The position numbers and the translations under genes were made by a program. From Gracilinanus agilis (Eukaryota): DNA of 64,000 nt. Location of the stretch: the NCBI RefSeq assembly GCF_016433145.1, contig NC_058132.1:89677158-89741157 (forward strand). The letters are read 5' to 3'. Below, one piece after another: positions 12,620-26,176 of the stretch (position 1 is its first letter; the number at the start of each line of letters is the position of its first letter). The notes under the pieces are model-generated. The model saw only the letters and a program-made list of their open reading frames with translations, did not search any database and was not told where the DNA came from.

Positions 12620-13413
12620 GCATTATGGCAAGGACAAAGGTAAATTTAGTTTTGGGAGAAGGTTAAATGTCAGGTAAATAAAAATGACTGGAATCATAAT
12701 ATCCTTGATTTAGAACGGAAAGGGACATTATAGCTCATATAAATATAATCCCATCATCTTTCAGATAGAGAAATTAAGTCAAAGAAAGATTAATTAAGTT
12801 ATTCAAAGTCACACAAGAAATAAATTGCAAATCCAGAAAATAACTTAGGTCTTTTGACTAACAATTCTGTGCTCATTCTTGTTCTGTACTCAGATGTTTT
12901 GCTATCACACTGTCATCATCAACCACATTTAATTAAGTTTTAAGGTTTTAAACAATTAAAAGATTCTTCATGATCAGAACATATAATGCATATTTTCTGT
13001 ATTTCAGTACTCCTAGAATTTGTGAGTCCCTAGTTATGGATATTCCTTTCCTCAATGCAGATTTCAAATATGTGCAATGGATTTTCTTAGAAAATTATTA
13101 TCCTAAGGTTGGAGAATTCCATCCTAAAATTGGCTGGTTATAATGACTACTTTTAACTATCAGTTAATTACTCAAAGGAAATAACAAGAACCCAGAACAA
13201 AGAATATAGATGTAGAGAAAGAGAGTAGCAAGGTTGCATCAAATAAATCAGGAGAAAGGAGAGGGAAGGATCTTTGTGATAGCAGGAAAGGTGCATAATT
13301 GTGTGACATTAAAGATTAAAAGCCATGCAGGGAAGCCCTAAATTCATTCTCTATACTTTACAAAATTTTGTTTTTCCTGAAACAACATTCTACAGAATTT
13401 CATTCATCCTCCC

Positions 13414-13542
13414 NNNNNNNNNNNNNNNNNNNNNNNNNNNNNNNNNNNNNNNNNNNNNNNNNNNNNNNNNNNNNNNNNNNNNNNNNNNNNNNNNNNNNNN
13501 NNNNNNNNNNNNNNNNNNNNNNNNNNNNNNNNNNNNNNNNNN
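13414..13542. other. Assembly gap (129 N)
   Basis: Run of n characters. Confidence 1.
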
Positions 13543-13893
13543 TTATGTCTATATATAAGTGCAAAATTTCACTAAGGCTTTTGAGATACTCTGTGTGTGC
13601 ACGTATGCACACACGCATATAGGCATTTCTATATATACAACATATATCTGCATATATACCTACAATATAATACAAATTATANTACACATAGGCACTCTGT
13701 ATATCTGTCTATAAAATATAAGTCCAAATATATGTAGTATCATTGGAAAGCTTAGATCTAAATTCTCAGTGCATAAAATAAAGAGAAGTAGTCTGAGAAT
13801 AGTGAAAAGTACATTGATTAAAAACCCAAGTTCAAATTCAGTCCATCCTACTAATCTGGGTGACCATGTCACTCAGTCAAAGATTATCTATAC

Positions 13894-14101
13894 CAGTGGT
13901 TCCCAAACTTTTTGGCCTATTGCCCCTTTCCAGAAAAAAATATTACCCCCTTGGATAAAATAATAGCCCCTTGGAAATTAATCTTTTTTTTATTTTAATA
14001 GCAATTAATAGGAAAGATAAATGCACTTGTGGCCACCACCACTCTCCTGGATCACTAAAGCACCCACCAGGGGGTGATAGCACCCACTTTGGGAATCCCT
14101 G
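13894..14101. mobile_element. hAT (Charlie-like) MITE, family A, perfect 8-bp TSD
   Basis: TIRs cagtggttcccaaa / tttgggaatccctg. TSD atctatac at 13886-13893 and 14102-14109. Confidence 0.93.
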
Positions 14102-14289
14102 ATCTATACCAATCTGATATTCAGGTTTCAGATTTGTAAAGCAAACAGGTTCATTTACTTAATCTCAAATCTGCCATTTGGGTGTAGAAATAATACAAAG
14201 AAATAATATTTGTGATATGTCTCCTGTTTAAAAGTAGTTGCAGAGAAGAGAGGACACATTGAAGTATTTGTATTTGAGTTAGACTTTTC

Positions 14290-14570
14290 AGTACAAGAAG
14301 CAGAAAGGAAGGAATCTGACTATGTGGAGAAGGTTTTCATGTAAAACTAAAGTAGGCTGTTTCTGCTTAAGGAAAGATTGTAACTAAGAGAAAGGAGGCT
14401 TTTCAAAGAGCATAATTTTGGCTCGAGGTAAGGAAAAAGTCTTTTAAATGTAAGTAGTTGTGCAAAAGTGAAATAAAAGCAGGACATTTTCTTTATCTAG
14501 AGTTTTTCAATGAAATACGAAGTGACTACTTGTCAGAGATTTCATATAGGACGTTTCTATTTAAGTATAA
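14290..14570 (+). mobile_element. L3/CR1 3' fragment
   Basis: Resembles a CR1/L3 3' end (actaa...gaaaggag..tttc..agc...gtaaggaaaaag...tctagagtttttcaa). Confidence 0.5.
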
Positions 14571-15300
14571 CAAAGTTTTGGTCAATTCTGAAAACTACAA
14601 TTCAGCAATTTTGGACTTTTGAAATTCCTTATTTTGCAACTGAGTTTCACAATCATTCTGCTTTAACCTAAAGTTTCCAGTCTTATCTCACATGGCTTCT
14701 TTCTTTCTTGTGCTCCATTTTTAAACCAAACAAGATGCATATTTTCCTACTTCTGGATCATCTTTCAATACATACCTTCCACATGCAACCACTCTCTTCC
14801 CTATTTGGCATGATTATTTGTTGAACTCCTATTTGTCCTTTAAAGGAAAACTTAAATATTAATGCCTCCCTTAATTCTTTCCTTTTGCTTTCATCCAAAA
14901 ATTAGATTTCCCACATGAACAAATAAAATATGGTATAATAAAATAAAATAAAAGACTTCTTAGAATTCTAAAATTTTGTCTACATTTTTTGTGGTTATTA
15001 GTGTCTCTGTTTATCTGCATTTATACTAGATTGTAAGCTCATGAAGGCAGACACTATTTTATTTGTCATTGCATCCATCCCAGTTTCAAATTATTTTCCA
15101 TAGTTGGATTTAAAAATATGTTTATTGATTTAATTTTTTACATAGATTCTTTTAATGACTGTGAAAGTTTTCCTCAAGGGTATGTAACATCATTGAATTT
15201 TTCTTTAAATTTGTTCTATGAACAACAGTTTGATTAAAATAATTCATTTTTAGTTTTCATATAAAATGCATTTTTATTTTATATTTTCCTTTCTTTTTTA

Positions 15301-16350
15301 TTTCTTTTTTATTATTTAATTTTAAAATATTTTTCCCATGGTTACATGATTTTTCTTGTCTCCCTCCCCTCTTATCTCCCCACTCCCAGAGCTGACAAGC
15401 AATTCCACTGGACCATATATATATACATATATATATTTTTTATAATAGAGTAACTTTTAAAATAGAGTAACTTTATAATAGAGTATAATTTTTTTAATAG
15501 AGTAACTTTTAAAAACCCAAACTCCAAATCATATACCCATATAAACAAATGATAAATCATGTTTTCTTCTGGATTTTTACTCAAACATTTCTTTTTCTAG
15601 ATGTGGATAGCCTTCTTTCTCATGAGCCCCTCAGAATTGTCCTGGATCATTGCATTGCTTTTAGTAGAAAAGGCAATTACATTTGATTGTCCCACAATGT
15701 TTCTTTACTGTGTATAATGTTCTGGTTCTACTGCTTTCATTCCACATCAGTTCATGCAGGTCTTTCCAGTTCTTATAGAAATCTATGAATTCATCAGTCC
15801 TTTTAGCATAGTAATATTACATCACCATCATATACTACAATTTATTCAGCCATTCCCCAACTGAGGGACATCACTTTAGTTTCCAGTTCTTTTCTAATAT
15901 AAAAACCACAGCTATAAATATTTTTGTACAAACAGGCCTTTTCACATTTTTTAAAAATCTCTTTGGGATAGAGAACTATTAGTGATATTATTGGATCAAA
16001 GGATATACCTTTTTTAAAGCCCTTTGGGTATAGTTTCAAATTGTCTTCCAGAATAGCTGGATCAATTCACAACTCCACCAGCAATGCATTAGTGTTTTAA
16101 TTTTGCCACATCCCCTCCAACATTTGTTATTTTCCTTTACTGTCATATTGGCCACTCTACTAGATGTTATATGGCACCTCAGAGTTGTTTTGTTTTGCAT
16201 TTCTCTATTCAGGAGGAATTTAGAACATTTTATATGACTATTGATAGTTTTGATTTCTTCTTCTGAAAACTGCCTATTCATATCCCTTGACCATTTGTCA
16301 ATTGGGGGAAGATTTGATTTCTTACAAATATGATTTAGTTCTTTACTACA
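15301..16350 (-). mobile_element. L1 3' end (ORF2 C-terminus + 3'UTR)
   Basis: ORF 16036-16380 contains PIDKWSRDMNRQFSEEEIK...CWRGCGK..TLMHCWW. The 3'UTR 'catgtaaccatggga' signature is present. Confidence 0.95.
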
Positions 16351-16719
16351 TATATTTTTATGGAAAACAATGTAAAGCATATTAATTCAATAAAACACCA
16401 TTACAATTCTCTACATGTCTGTTATCTTCTGTTAGTCATCACTGCCTTTTCTAAATTAGATACTGCATATTGATCAGAATATGATTACTACTTAAAAATG
16501 GACAAATGAATAAATGAACAAATTAATGAATGAGTCAGCAAGCAATTAACTGTTTAACACTTTTACTTAAACTACTTTAACTATAAAAATTACCTATATA
16601 TGCATGTAAATATAACTTTATTTAAACATAGCTATACCTATGATATATACATACAAATATACATGCACACATTAACATAAATACACTTATGTATATGCAT
16701 TGTACAAACTCAAATACCC

Positions 16720-17620
16720 AGGGGCAACAGCAAACTGGGTCTCATTTGGAGAATTTCTTGGGGGGAGGGTGGATTGGAGGGAGGGTAGGCCCAGACCTGC
16801 AATCCAATATTCATATCTAGTTGCCTAGGAAATCAATCATCTGCTAATTAATAGAGCTGAGAGAAACATCATCACAACCAACAAGAAGACAACAACTAAC
16901 CTTCTCTATCCTCTGGCTTGTGTCACGACTGGGCTAAGCCAGGGATTGTGAGAGGGAGAAGAAAGCTCCATCCTATTACCAATCTATCATTCAATTGATT
17001 CAATTTAACTTTATTTATTTAGATCTAGCTTAATATTTCCCAAACCCATTATCTTACTTCCTTGTTCCTAACCCCTTGTTAAGTAAGAAATAAGTCCTAG
17101 GGGGAAGCTGGGTAGCTCAGTGGATTGAGAGCCAGGCCTAGAGATGGGAGGTCCTGGGTTCAAATCTGGCCTCAGACACTTCCCAGCTGTGTGACCCTGG
17201 GCAAGTCACTTGGCCCCCATTACCACTCCACTGCCTTGGATCCAATACACGGTATTGAATCCAAGATAGAAGGTAAGGGTTTTAATTTAAAAAAAAAAGA
17301 AAGAAAAAAGTCCTGTTAATAAGTTCAAACCAAAGATTGGAGTACCTTTCCTAATTAGTGAAACATCTAAATCTATTAGAAAGGGGAATTTGTTTCATGC
17401 AGTCAGAATCTTAGTGTTATCCAACTAGCATATTAATACTAGCCCATATCACCAACAAACCCAACCCCAAGTCAAGAGCTAGAGAAGTTGGCAACACACA
17501 CACAATTTCCTATTGGTTACTTGCTTGGGCAACTGTTAAAAGGAGACAGCTTGGCAGTAGAGTCTGTCAAGTTGAGAGAGGCATAGCCCTTCTATTATTG
17601 ATACTACAAAGTCCATTGTT
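16720..17620 (-). mobile_element. Possible old LTR/MER-type element interrupted by SINE
   Basis: GC-richer island with a minus-strand AATAAA (tttatt at ~17010). Unassigned. Confidence 0.3.
17100..17305 (+). mobile_element. SINE1_Mdo-type SINE
   Basis: Head, body and A-tail are present, with a short aagtcct repeat on both flanks. Confidence 0.93.
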
Positions 17621-18820
17621 TCTCCATTACCTTTATAACAATGCCAAACATTAAAATATAGATATACAAAATATTTCTTCACCATAATTCAATGAAAAAT
17701 TTTAATGCATGCAAGGAAGTTAGCTAAATTAAGTAACTTTTAAATTTGACCTATTGACGAAGCTTTATGCTAGGAAATATATATTCCAGTCCTGACCCAT
17801 TACCTCTAAGTCTGTAGCCTCCATTTGTATCTTCCTAAGTTCAGAAAACTGTTGCCCATTTATTTAAACCAGCTAAATCAAAGTGATCCTTAGGTAATCC
17901 TTACATCATTCATCCCCTTGACTCAATTGTTTTTTTTTTTTAATAGCAGGATGTCTTAATTCAGTTATTTTATAAAACTGTATACAAAACAGATATAAAG
18001 ACTAAGGCATATATATAAACAGAAAATATATTAAATATATAATAATTTTAATAGAGGAAACTATAGCTGAAAAATAAAAATAAAGACAAAAATTTTTTAA
18101 ATGGCAATGAAGAGGTGATTCTACAGTAGTGATGAAATAAGGATAACTAATAGAAATTAAAATTATATGCCAGGTAACTAATATTAATAAAGGAAATAGA
18201 CAAATATTCAAAAATAAATGAGGTGAAATAACCAAAATAAGAAATAGGGATTATTATCTAAGGAGGGGAGAGGGAAGAGAAAAGGGGAAGGGGAAGGGGA
18301 GACAACGCACAAAGGAAGGTGGAGGGCATCTTGCTCCTTGGATCTGAAACAAGACAGACTAGTAGATGCAGTGGAGTGAATCCAAAAGTTCTGTTTCTTC
18401 CCTCTGCAAGGGTAAGAATTGCAAGTTTAGAATTGCATCATCCATCATTCCAATCAGAGAGGGGTTAAAGCTGCTGAGGTAGATGCTGTCAATCAAGGAT
18501 TGAGTTAGCATCATGATTATTAGAGTGGATGAGCTTAACCTAGGAGAAGCTCTTTGTTCCATGAAGTTGAAACTAGACAGGCAGCAAATGCTGAATGGAA
18601 TGATTGTAAAGGCATAAAAGGGAGTTGAAAAACAGAGTAGTGGGGAGGATAGAAAGAGATGAAGATTCTCAACTTGGAAGTGGAGTAGATAAAATTCTGT
18701 GAGGATGAATTTGCAGTACAACCTGGAAAGGAACGAGAATAGAGTTCCCCTTGTAATCTCCTTAAAAAAGAAATTCTGGGCGGGCAGAAAGTCAGAAGGA
18801 GAGACTATAAGGGCTGGAGT

Positions 18821-19160
18821 TGTAAAAAGGAAATTGAAAAAAAAACCATCTAAAAGTGTATATATTTCTATGGACAAGGGAAATGTATCAAAACTACATT
18901 TCCCGTGATCCAACATGGTCCAACTGGTTTCCGTTTCCGACGTCTTGACGCAGGGGAGCGCTTAAATCTCGTGGGTTAGGAGGGAGTGGGCTCTCTTCTT
19001 TGGCGAGTAGGCGCTTGGCTAGGAGGCAGTATGGAGGCGGCAGTTTTGAATGCTTACAAGCGCGTGGTCTAATGATTTTATCTATCAACATGGCTTTAAT
19101 TAAAATACTAATATATATATTTATACTAGCATCTATCATTTTTCATTTTTATATAGTTCC
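18821..19160 (+). mobile_element. Solo LTR, CpG-rich
   Basis: Starts TGT. Shares aaactacatttccc(g/a)tgat(c/t)caaca and caacatggc..attaaaata blocks with 37914-38330. About 12 CpG in 18903-19066. Confidence 0.7.
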
Positions 19161-19870
19161 CATGTAGTGAACGTAGAAACATCTAACCTCTAGTGAACAT
19201 AGAAAAATTTATGACATGGTAGACAGATAGCCTGTAGAAGAATGTGGGTGGGTTTTGCTCCTAATGAACTCAAGTTTGGAATTAGTGATCACCACAGAAT
19301 TTTCTCAGTGCTTATAATAAAATTCCTTTTAAATATTGTACACTTTTTCCAGAAATCATATTTAAGTACACTGGCCTAATGCTTTATGAACCTTCCCTCC
19401 TGTGCTTTCTGAAAATTGGACAAACATTAGATGCCCCACCAAATCAGAGATCACTGATACTGACTCACCAATCACATTTGAATTTTCAGTATACATTCAG
19501 GCCCCAGTACTCATATCACTCATTTCCAGCTTTATCTTTGAGGTAGGAACAGTAAGATGAAAAATTCAACTTTCATTTTCATTTTGGCTTCCTAACTTGT
19601 TTTATGGCATTGGGTTTGCTCCTCAAGTTTTCTAGACTTCTGGAATTATTTAATGAGTAGTACAAATGAGAAACAAGTCTCTGAGGATAATTTGTTTAGC
19701 CCAAATATGACTGAAGGTGCTGGAGAGAGATCAGATAAGATATTCTCATATAAAGAGGAAAGAAAAGTCACAGAAACATGGAGTTACAGGTTTCAACTTT
19801 ATGTAGATTATTAAATCCTCACAAAGAATGTTCACCCATCATAAATTGGTTCTCTAAGAATGCTCACACA

Positions 19871-20075
19871 AGGGGACTGTGAGATGACTCAGAGGGTTGA
19901 AAGCCAGGTCTATAATGAGGAGGTCCTGGTTGCAAATCAGGCCTCAGATATTTCCTAGTTGTATGACTCTGGACAAGTCACTTAATCCCCATTGCCTAGC
20001 GCTTACCACTCTTCTGCCTTGGAACCAATACACAGTATTGATTCTAAGGCAGAAGATAAGAGGTTTATTTTTTTA
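19871..20075 (+). mobile_element. SINE1-type SINE (diverged)
   Basis: ggggactgtgagatgactcag...ccccattgcctagcgcttaccactcttctgccttgg. Confidence 0.88.
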
Positions 20076-20796
20076 TATATGCTCACCAAAGGACCAATTA
20101 TTTCCAAGCATAGATAAGACAACTAAAAATGAACCAAAATGAAGACTGAAAATTGATGATAAGCCACTGTAAAATCTCCAAAGGTCCTTTAAAGAAAATG
20201 CTGAACTCAAATTAAATTCGGAGCTATTCCGCTAAAAATGGAGATTAATATTTCTAACTTTGTTTACCTGTATCTCAGACTAAGGCTCACTATTGAGCTC
20301 TAGTCACAATAAGGAGGAAAACATATAAATATAAGAATTATTTGGGAGGAGAGAACCAGTGAAGGAAATTCAATGAACTGAGAATCAGATACAGGAGAAA
20401 GAGCTCTGGATTCTGAATTGAAGAGTTAGGTCCCACATCTGGGTATCTAGGTTGCTAGTTCTGTGACTTGGGCAAAATACTTAAATTTTCTACATGTTTC
20501 CTGCTTATTCACCCACTTTACAATATTGTTGGGAAGATTAAGCAATCTGATATATAGCAAAAAATTCATTTTTAATTTCATTCAATTTTTAAAAAGTGGT
20601 AGAGAAAAATGAGTTATTGTGGGAAAAGAAAGTGATGTGGATAGTAGATACCAATAATTAGTTAGGAGTCCCTAATAGTGTATCATTATACGTCCAGACA
20701 TATTCATCTGTTTAGATATGAAAGGGTGGGTTATATGAATTCTCAAGTTCAAATCTGGCTAAATAAATTAAAGGGTGCTCAAGAAATGATTCAATA

Positions 20797-21520
20797 TACA
20801 CTAATGCACTGCTACCGGCATTGTGAATTGATCCAACCATTCTGGAAGGCAATTTGCAATTATACCCAAAGAGCTTTAAAAGATGGCATACCCTTTGATC
20901 CAGCAATACCTCTACCAGGTTTGTATCCCAAAGAAATAATAAGGAAAAATGTTTGTACAAAAATATTTTTAGCTGCTCTTTTTGTAGTGGCAAAAATTGA
21001 AAAACAAGGGGGTGTCCCTCAATTAGGGGGAGGCTAAACAAATTGTGATATATGATGGTGATGAAATACTATGTGCTGTAAGGGAATGATGAACTGCTTG
21101 ATTTCTATATGAACTGGGAAGAGTTCCATGGACTGATGAGGAGTGAAATGAACAGAACCAAGAGAACATTATACATAGTAATAAACATCAAAGGACAATC
21201 AATCAAATGTAAGCCTCTGCTACAAATAACAATGCAATGATTAAGAACAATCCCATGAAACTTATGAAAAAGAATGTTATCCACATCTAGAGAAAGAACT
21301 ATGGGAATAGAAACACAGAAGAAAAACATAATTCATCACTTGGTTATTTGGGCATTATGATTTGGGGTTTTGGTTTTAAAAGATTACTCTATTATAAAAA
21401 TGAATCACATGGAAATAGACTTTGAGTAATAAGACATGTATGAACCAGTCAAATTGCGGATCAGCTCGGGGAGGGAGAAGAGGATGAGAACATGAGTCAT
21501 GTAACCACGGAAAAATATTC
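20797..21520 (+). mobile_element. L1 3' end; a further short L1 3' remnant follows at ~21580-21675
   Basis: TLMHC...CELIQPFWKAICNY...PFDPAIPLPGLYPKEI. The 3'UTR ends catgtaaccacggaaaaatatt. Confidence 0.95.
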
Positions 21521-22029
21521 TTTTTTCCCCCCTAAGCTTTTTTTTTGGGGGGGGGGCATAACATATTTAAAATCACTGCCTTTCTAAGTCTAGGGGAGGG
21601 AGTTCTGAAATCCTTTCTTTTAACTCTCTTCAAAGATTCATGGAAAAAATATTCTAAAAATAAAATAAAATAATGTGGGGAAAAAAGAAAAGAAATGACT
21701 GAATCTGTTGCTGATTTCACCATAATTACCTGGTGGTAGAAAGAGAATGCCATTAAAGTTACAAGACTTAGTTCACAAGTCAATTAATCTAATTTTCCTC
21801 ATCTGTCAAACGGGGATAATAACATTCAAATTCTCCATTCCACCTTGTTATAATCTTGAAGGAGAAAAATATGTAAGATATCACATAAAGCATTTATGGT
21901 CATCATTAGCTTCCTGCTTCTATTCAATTCTACTACTAGCACCATCACTTTTGGCACTCCTTAAGATGTTGCAGTTACTTGATATACTTAATTTTGATAA
22001 TAAAATAAATGAGTGAAAAAAAACACAGG

Positions 22030-22310
22030 GGTTAATTCAGCCCAGGGATTTACCTCTGATCAAGGCTCATGTTTATACATAGACCCAGAAGACTTCTACT
22101 ATTCCTCAGAGAATTTCTGGGAGTGGCATGGAGTGGGAGGGGTGAGGTCTTTGTGAATAGAGATAAGACCTGGTCAGTGATGTAGTGGGCACAGAGGCTG
22201 AGGAGCCTCTATCCTGAGCCCATGCATATTTCTCTTTTACATAGAGACTAAATCCTGGTAAGTTCTCAGATGCCCCAGAGAGCTCCACCAGACAACCTCA
22301 GGTATGGGGA
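22030..22310 (+). promoter_or_regulatory. Candidate OR51A7 5' non-coding exon
   Basis: Unique GC-richer island about 3 kb upstream of the ATG, with O/E-like gcccagggat (~22040) and donors ctg|gtaagt (22258) and cag|gtatgg (~22301). Confidence 0.35.
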
Positions 22311-22640
22311 GAATAGAAGAAGAAGAAGAACTGGGGAGAAAAAAAAATGAAAGTATGTCTGAGGTGTTAGGCATATTTTTGAGCAGTTGAATGCATAGGA
22401 AGGGATTGAAATATTTATGTATACACATCTGATTGAGTGTCTATATGTGTGTTATAAAGGGTTTTCATGTCTAAATACATTGATATGTTTGTTTATGCTT
22501 ACATCAATGAATATATGGTATCTAAGTGCATTAGGTACTTGTATTCATAGTATATAATTAGGTGCTAATATATGTGTGTGAATACTGATAATCAGGTAAA
22601 CATTGGAAATGAGGACATTGACTGCCTGAGGATTCTGATT

Positions 22641-22642
<2 letters not shown>

Positions 22643-22678
<36 letters not shown>
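22643..22678. repeat. (TG)n microsatellite
   Basis: Direct reading. Confidence 0.97.
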
Positions 22679-22682
<4 letters not shown>

Positions 22683-23259
22683 AAAGTATTTTTCTCACAT
22701 AAATATATGTATAGGAGTGAACATGTGTGTACTCAGATATATGACTAAGTCCTAGAGTGAATGAGGAAGGAAATAATGAAGGAAGTGACCAAAGGTCACA
22801 AGTAGATTCCTGAGTCAGAGGTAAAGATAGGAGAGAGACATACTCCATTCATGGTATAGGTGAAGCTTTTCTCCTACTACTCTCAGGACTCCAGATCTAA
22901 AGTTTGGGAGGTGGTATATATATTTCTGCCAAGACAGAGAAGGAAAGAGGCATCTATGGAGAAATCTCAGCCCAGAACTCATACAAACCATCCCAGAACC
23001 AACTTGCATTGTCCATGTCTACCTCTTTGAACAAAAATGCTCATTTCTTCATGTTGTGGAAAATATAAGGGTCTTTAATAAATCCCAAAAGTGAATGGCA
23101 GAGAGACAGTAGAGCAGTATATGGTAAAAAACCTGGGTTTTAGAGTCCTTGAACAAGAAGCCATTACACATGATGTACTCTTCCTCTTCAGTCCAGAGCT
23201 AGAGAATTATGTTCATTTTTTGGGGGTGGGCAAGAAGGATCACACTTTAAAAGGACATT

Positions 23260-23520
23260 AATAATCTAATGAACATTATGAGAAAGTGAATGGAGATTCT
23301 GAAGGGTGGGAGTTTGTGATGTATAAGAAATGATTGAAGTTATATGTTTAGTCTGCAAAAAGAGAAAACTCAGTGGGAAACATGATGGTGGCCTATACGT
23401 GTTTATAGGACTGCCATGTGGAATAGGAAACATACTTGAAAATTTTAGAACTAGAAGCAACAGATGAAAGTGACAAAGAAAAAGATTTAGGCTCAATAAA
23501 GGAGAAAATGACCTGGGGAC
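23260..23520 (+). mobile_element. L3/CR1 fragment
   Basis: tatgtttagtctgcaaaaagagaaaactcagtgggaaacatgat...gactgccatgtggaa. Confidence 0.6.
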
Positions 23521-23994
23521 AGGAAGATCTGAATTCAAATCCAGCCTTGAACCTTTACTAGCTATCTTGGAAAATTACTTAAACTCTGTCTCAATTTCCT
23601 CATGTGTAAAATAAAGATAACAAGAGCATCTATATGCCAGGATTGTTGTCAGGATTATATAAGAGAAAATTAATAAAATTTTTTGTAAACTTTAAAGCAC
23701 TATAGAAATCTTAGCAATTATTAATACCAACAAAATTTGAGCCTTACAAAAGCAAAACGTGAAACGTGATGCATTGGAATATTGTTTCATTCTTAGGAAT
23801 CTATTCATCTCTAATTATTGTAGTCTTCAATGGAATTCTACTTTGGTGCATAGAATATAAAAGGTTAGAGTGAATGCATTTTAGAAATCATTTAATCTAA
23901 TCCCCAACAAATTTAGTAATCATTTCCATAACAAAAGTGATAGGTATATATTAAGTTTCAATTTTAAGAATTCCATTCATGATGGGGAATTCTT

Positions 23995-24002
23995 TCTGTC
24001 TA

Positions 24003-24042
<40 letters not shown>

Positions 24043-24095
24043 CATCTCTCTCTCTTTCTCTCTCTCTCCCTTCCCTCTCCCTTTCTCTCTCTTTC
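23995..24095. repeat. (TCTG)n/(TC)n polypyrimidine tract
   Basis: Direct reading. Confidence 0.95.
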
Positions 24096-25237
24096 CACAC
24101 CTTTCTGATTTCATTCACTCCCTCTCCCCACTATTCCCCCACCATCTCTTGCAGGAAGCCGTCAAAGCTCCTGACTTTTAGCACAGCTCATCACCATTTT
24201 TGAAAACCAGCATGACAGGTGTCAGAAGGGTGGAAGTTCTACTCAGTTTCCCCATGTGACTTTTTTTTATCATTAACATTCCCTCTTATTGAAATTATTA
24301 TAATCAGTACCCTTACTCAGCCCCAGGGAAACACAGAAAAAGAGTACAGGCTAATGGCAAGGCCATCCACAGACCACCCACAAACCCCTAAATAAACCCC
24401 CCACTTATATCTTATAATATAGAAACTTCCACTGAAGTCACTTCACAACAAACCAGCATATAGTGAGTTAATGTTAAAGATTTAAAAACTCTAACTCAGA
24501 TTCCCACACACAGGTGCCTGCAAAAAAACAGGTCAGAACTGTCTCTAAGTTTCCGCCCTCTTTAATATAACATCTCCAGTACTTTAATATAAAAGAACAA
24601 TGAAATAAATATGGAGAAATTGTCTCCCATGAAAAAGCTTGTAGTTTCTCACCACTGTGGCCCAACAGATACCTCAAATATACTTAACACATTGTCTCCA
24701 ACGATAAGATGTATGGTGGGAATGAAATTCATGCCAGCATTGATGTAATCTTGAGAAAAATGATATAAAGATTAAAATCAGCAGATGGCACTTCAGATCA
24801 GCCACTGAAAACCTACTGGGTTTCTGGCTTTCTCGCTTTGTTTTCGCTCAATTGTCCTGCCCCCAAGGGGAACTGGACTGCTGGTAACCCCCTTCCCCCC
24901 ACCAACAATCTCTGTCTTTTTCGTTACCTTGACATACTTTGGTTTCTCTCTCTTTGTAGGCATCACTGGATTCCAGGCTACATAATTCATCAACTTTCTC
25001 TTAGATCAAGGAATCTTTTACATTTTTGTGTCTCAGACCCTTTTGGAAGTGTGGTGAAGTTCATGGAGATCTCAATATAATGATTTAAATGCAAAATTAA
25101 AATATATAAGATTACAAATAAAACCAGTAATATTGAAATAAAGTTATCAAAATATTTCTAAAAGCCCATTTGATGTAAACTTGTCCTCAATTCATGTCTT
25201 TTTAGATCTGGGAACAGAAATTGCCTTCCTGCTCAAT

Positions 25238-26176
25238 ATGTCAGACTACAATACCTCAGAAGTTAAAATTTTTTTCTTGATTGGGATTCCAGGATTAGAG
25301 CATGTTCACATATGGATTTCTATCCCGGTCTGCTTCATGTATTTGATTGCTATCCTAGGCAACTGCACCATCCTGCTTGTGATCAAGACAGAAACCTCTC
25401 TCCATGAGCCCATGTACTATTTCCTCTCTATGCTGGCCATCTCTGATCTAGGACTCTCCCTCTCCACCTTACCAACTATGCTGAGAATCTTCTTGTTCAA
25501 TGCACCAGGAATCACCCCTGATGCATGCTTTGCCCAAGAGTTCTTCATCCATGGCTTCACTGTCATGGAATCCTCAGTGCTTCTGATCATGTCTTTCGAT
25601 CGGTTCATAGCCATTCATAACCCCCTGAGATACAGCTCTATCCTAACTACTGCTAGAATTTCTAAAATGGGGCTGGTTATGGCCATCAGGAGCTTCCTTT
25701 TAGTGCTTCCATTTCCCTTAACACTAAAGAGGCTGCACTATTGTCACAAAAATCTCCTGTCCCACTCCTACTGTTTCCATCAGGATGTCATGAAGCTGGC
25801 ATGCAGTGACAACAGAGTCAATGTTATCTATGGTTTCTTTGTTGCCCTCTGTACCATGATGGACCTGGCGTGCATTGCCTTATCCTATATACTAATCCTA
25901 AAAACAGTTCTTGGACTTGCCTCTTTCTCAGAGAGACTCAAAGCTTTCAACACGTGTGTCTCTCATATTTGCGCAGTACTCATCTTCTATGTGCCTATCA
26001 TCACCCTAGCTGCTATGCATCGCTTTGCTAAGCACAAATCTCCATTCATAATGGTCTTCATTGCCAATGTCTTCCTGTTGGTGCCACCCCTGATGAATCC
26101 CATTGTGTACTGTGTGAAGACAAGGCAGATCCGGGAGAAGATCCTTGAGAAATTTTTCACCAAATGTAGTAGATAA
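25238..26176 (+). CDS. OR51A7: Olfactory receptor 51A7 orthologue candidate, 312 aa
   Basis: ATG at 25238 (MSDYNTSEVKIFFLIGIPGLEH). All OR motifs are intact. TLAAMHRFAKHKSP and the C-terminal ...KCSR match recalled human OR51A7 (TLAAMHHFAKHKSP...VCGR). TTTTTAG acceptor ends at 25205. Position next to OR51G2 supports the name. Confidence 0.9.
   Translation: MSDYNTSEVKIFFLIGIPGLEHVHIWISIPVCFMYLIAILGNCTILLVIKTETSLHEPMYYFLSMLAISDLGLSLSTLPTMLRIFLFNAPGITPDACFAQEFFIHGFTVMESSVLLIMSFDRFIAIHNPLRYSSILTTARISKMGLVMAIRSFLLVLPFPLTLKRLHYCHKNLLSHSYCFHQDVMKLACSDNRVNVIYGFFVALCTMMDLACIALSYILILKTVLGLASFSERLKAFNTCVSHICAVLIFYVPIITLAAMHRFAKHKSPFIMVFIANVFLLVPPLMNPIVYCVKTRQIREKILEKFFTKCSR

Noticed and set aside
13325-13687. 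ORFs containing X runs
   Set aside because: Artefacts of translating through the assembly gap.
18359-18916. Longest non-OR ORF (185 aa, minus strand, hydrophobic)
   Set aside because: It has a non-ATG start, spans an LTR boundary and purine-rich old-repeat sequence whose antisense is naturally F/L/S-rich, and carries no recognisable motif.
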